Positions 61,238 to 64,000 of a stretch of 64,000 bases of DNA are shown here, one piece after another. Numbering within the stretch: position 1 is the first letter of the stretch; every line of letters begins with the position of its first letter. The translations under genes were made by a program, and so were the position numbers. The notes under the pieces were generated by a model, which worked only from the letters and a program-made list of their open reading frames with translations, searched no databases and was not told where the DNA came from. Source of the stretch: Methanotrichaceae archaeon (GTDB lineage Archaea; Halobacteriota; Methanosarcinia; Methanotrichales; Methanotrichaceae); contig CAVVKN010000002.1 in assembly GCA_963748825.1 (NCBI GenBank), positions 1 through 64,000 of the forward strand. The letters run 5' to 3'.

Positions 61238-62446
61238 TCACGTCTCTTTTAGTTTTATTAGCCAAGTATCAATATCGTATGAAGTGCGGCGATGCGCATT
61301 TGTGCTGCCCGCAATTATATATCCATCTTTTATCTCTTGAACGGAATTTGCACTCTGTGTTCCCTGTCCTCCAAAGGCTTTGGTCCATTTTAAAGTCCCA
61401 TCGGAATCAATCTTTATCAGTAGAGCGTCACCTGGATCCGTGGCATTAGTGTTTGTGTAACCTGCGATGATATACCCGCCATCCTTTGTCTCCTTTATCC
61501 AATCGCCTTCATCTCTGCCAGGTCCACCAAATGTTTTATTCCACTCTACAATACCCTTTGAATTAGTTTTCACTACTAAGACATCGCTTTCCAGCTCAGC
61601 TTCATTAAACAACGCATTCGTCCATCCTGTAATAATATATCCTTTACCTTTTATTTCTTGAACAGATCTGCCAACATCCCCACTAGATCCGCCAAAAGTT
61701 TTATCCCATTCTTTATTTCCATCTGAATCTGTCTTTATCAGCCATGCATCAGCACTACCTGCACCATACGATTCAGTAAGACCTGTTACGATAAAACCAC
61801 TATCTTCTGTTTCAACTACTGACCACCCTTCATCATCCCCTGGCCCACCGAACGTTTTGTTCCACTGCTCTTTACCTGTTGAATCAGTCTTTATAAGCCA
61901 CAGATCGTCCTTTCCAAAGCCGTATGAGCTAGTAGCACCTGCAATGATATACCCGTCGTCTTTTGTCTCTTGGACCGAGTAGCCAGCATCATTATCCCGG
62001 CCTCCGAAAGTATTATCCCATTTTTTATTTCCCTTTGAATCCGTCTTTATTAGCCATGTATCGCTTTTTCCATTTCCATAGGACTCAGTGTAGCCTGTAA
62101 TAATGTATCCGCCATCTTTTGCCTGTTGGACGGACATACCTACATCAAGATTTACTCCACCAATGGTCTTATTCCACTCCTCAGTGCCATTTGAATCGGT
62201 CTTTATCAGCCAGAGATCACCGCCTCCCGCACCATAAGACTCTGTTAAACCTGTTAAGATGTACCCACTATCTCTTGTTACTTGGACTGAACCTCCTGGG
62301 TCGTTGCCATTGCCGCCGAAAGTTTTGTTCCATACCTCTTCAGGCTGAGCTGAAGCACCTAATATACTTAGCATCAGCATTGCTAACCCCAATATTACTA
62401 CTATCTTCAAAATATATCGCCTCTCAAAGTTGGTTGCATTTTTCAT
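61238..62446 (-). CDS. Secreted 7-repeat beta-propeller protein (paralog of 58276-59526)
   Basis: Signal peptide (ASA-Q); seven WNKTFGG...WLIKTD repeats. Confidence 0.88.
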   Translation of the reverse strand: MKNATNFERRYILKIVVILGLAMLMLSILGASAQPEEVWNKTFGGNGNDPGGSVQVTRDSGYILTGLTESYGAGGGDLWLIKTDSNGTEEWNKTIGGVNLDVGMSVQQAKDGGYIITGYTESYGNGKSDTWLIKTDSKGNKKWDNTFGGRDNDAGYSVQETKDDGYIIAGATSSYGFGKDDLWLIKTDSTGKEQWNKTFGGPGDDEGWSVVETEDSGFIVTGLTESYGAGSADAWLIKTDSDGNKEWDKTFGGSSGDVGRSVQEIKGKGYIITGWTNALFNEAELESDVLVVKTNSKGIVEWNKTFGGPGRDEGDWIKETKDGGYIIAGYTNTNATDPGDALLIKIDSDGTLKWTKAFGGQGTQSANSVQEIKDGYIIAGSTNAHRRTSYDIDTWLIKLKET

Positions 62447-62470
62447 TTAACCTGGAGTCATGTCACTCCT

Positions 62471-62511
62471 ATGTAAGTTGCATATAACATTATGTAATAT
62501 AAACTTTACTA
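62471..62511. promoter_or_regulatory. Tandem ATGTAA-N8-T(A/T)AC operators over the promoter of the second propeller gene
   Basis: 62471-62490 ATGTAA-GTTGCATA-TAACAT and 62492-62511 ATGTAA-TATAAACT-TTACTA; the second overlaps a minus-strand TTTATA box. Confidence 0.6.
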
Positions 62512-62867
62512 TTAGTAAAGAATAGCTCTCATAGGCAATATAGAAAACAGTTTAAATTATATTACTAATTTCATCGATAGCATTTAATTCCCTAAATGCC
62601 TCAATACAAGTAATTATTCTTTCAAATTTCAACCAACTAATATAATCTATAAAATTAATTAGATATATAATTTTCAAACATTGATATCTCAATCGCTAAT
62701 TAGATGCGGGCATCTCTGCTTGATTCAAGCTAATTCTAATTGAATTATACCTACATAGCTTTAAGCTGAACGTTATTTTAATATTCTCAAAGATCGCATC
62801 TAATATTAGAATTATGATCTAAAATTTATCTATCTAATAAAATCTAAAAAAACGAAAAGGTGTATCT

Positions 62868-63058
62868 ATGAGCGATCTGCTATCCGATAAAGTTCTTGGC
62901 AGCAAAACACTCAAGGCCTTGGCCTCAAGTAAGAGAACTACAATTATCAAAAATCTTTCTTCGAGGCGTATGACTGTGACTGAGCTATCTAAAATCTCTG
63001 GCCTTCCAAAATCGACGATCTATGACAATTTGAGCGTACTAGTACAGCTGGGCTGATA
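62868..63058 (+). pseudogene. Truncated ArsR-family winged-HTH regulator
   Basis: LKALASSKRTTII...TVTELS...KSTIYDNL. It ends before the wing; the expected AGLI lies in another frame, just before the IS. Confidence 0.7.
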
Positions 63059-64000
63059 TAAACCAACGTATAAGGTTTTATATATAATCATTGATAGATA
63101 CTCTGCAACAGGGGAGTATCAATGCCGGGTCCGAAACCATCAGCAATCAACTTGAACGACATCGAGCGCCAAGGTTTGGAATTGCTTGTTCGTCGTTATA
63201 ATACAGGACAGCAAAAAGTTATCCGAGCACGGATTGTTTTGTTGGCTGCAATGGGGAAAAATAATCGCGAAATCGCTAATGAATTAGAGGTGTCCTTGGA
63301 CACTGCTCGATTATGGCGGCAACGATGGCTGGACTTGCAGCCGATTTCTTTGGACGATCTGAGCATTGAAGAACGCTTGGATGACCTGCCAAGACCTGGA
63401 GCCCCATCTCGTTTAACCGCAAACCAAATTTGTCAGATCCAACAGCTGGCTTGTGAGAAACCTGAAAAATCGGGCCGTCCAATTAGCCAATGGACAAGTC
63501 GTGAGATTGCGGCTGAAATAATGAAGCGGGGCATTGTAGATACGATTTCTGCTCGTCATTCTGCCAGGATTTTAAAAAAAATGGTCTCCAACCACACTTG
63601 ATTCGTTACTGGCTAACACCTGCACCGGACGAACGGTTCGACGAAAAGGTAGACGACATCAATTCATTGTATCAACAAGCGCAGAATTTGGCTCAAAAAG
63701 GTGAAGTTGTAATGAGCATCGATGAAATGACAGGGGTGCAAGCTCTCGAACGCAAACACCCTGGATTGCCAATGGCACCAGGAAAAGTGGAACGAAGAGA
63801 GTTTGAATACATCAGGCATGGAACTCAATCATTCATCGTGAGCTTTGCGGTAGCCAGCGGAAGGGTTGACACCATTTCTTGCGGCGATACGCGCAATGAG
63901 GATGACTTCGTATCGCATATCAAGAAGGTGGTTGAAAGCACTTTAGACGCATCCCGCTGGCACTTTGTAGCCGACAACCTCAATATCCATAAATCAGAAT
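63059..64000 (+). mobile_element. IS630 family insertion sequence (3'-partial)
   Basis: Starts after a TA dinucleotide (TATA-AACCAACG; left end approximate); two-frame transposase. Confidence 0.85.
63122..64000 (+). CDS. IS630 transposase with -1 frameshift (3'-partial)
   Basis: OrfA 63122-63601 (HTH, PRPGAP, SQWT). The -1 frame continues LQPHLIRYW...SIDEMTG...FEYIRHGT...VADNLNIH. Slippery TTTAAAAAAAA at 63571-63581. Confidence 0.9.

Noticed and set aside
58276-62446. CRISPR or DGR-like repeats
   Set aside because: The ~156-bp periodicity is the coding repeat of beta-propeller blades. No spacers, cas genes or reverse transcriptase are present.

Overview
The window is a composite of two unrelated sequences. 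Positions 1-~7213 look bacterial, probably gammaproteobacterial: an M28 peptidase fragment, RecD2, hypotheticals, a winged-helix protein and an SDR oxidoreductase. Positions ~7214-64000 come from a methanogenic archaeon, most likely Methanothrix-like: rps9-rpl13-rpl18e, Hef, oapABC, argG, ino1, a RecJ-like nuclease, trm56, tpiA, geranylgeranyl reductase, hisFH, a glutamate synthase-like FMN protein and gdhA. The join cuts rpoN after its first four codons (MIPV), which points to an assembly or concatenation artefact. The best candidate for an undescribed system is the accessory island at ~57.1-64 kb. It has a stand-alone PatG-type (cyanobactin DUF) domain gene followed by a 58-aa, 8-Cys peptide gene with a strong SD sequence and two palindromic operators upstream. 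Two 7-bladed beta-propeller genes and a DUF2178/XRE module flank this pair, and their promoters share an ATGTAA-N8-TAACAT site. A broken ArsR gene and an IS630 element close the island. Other highlights are a five-helix structured leader overlapping the SD of the rpl18e operon, a CHAT-STAND-TPR protein lacking the catalytic dyad, and candidate nitrogen-regulatory palindromes. All family calls come from motif recognition by eye; no searches were run.
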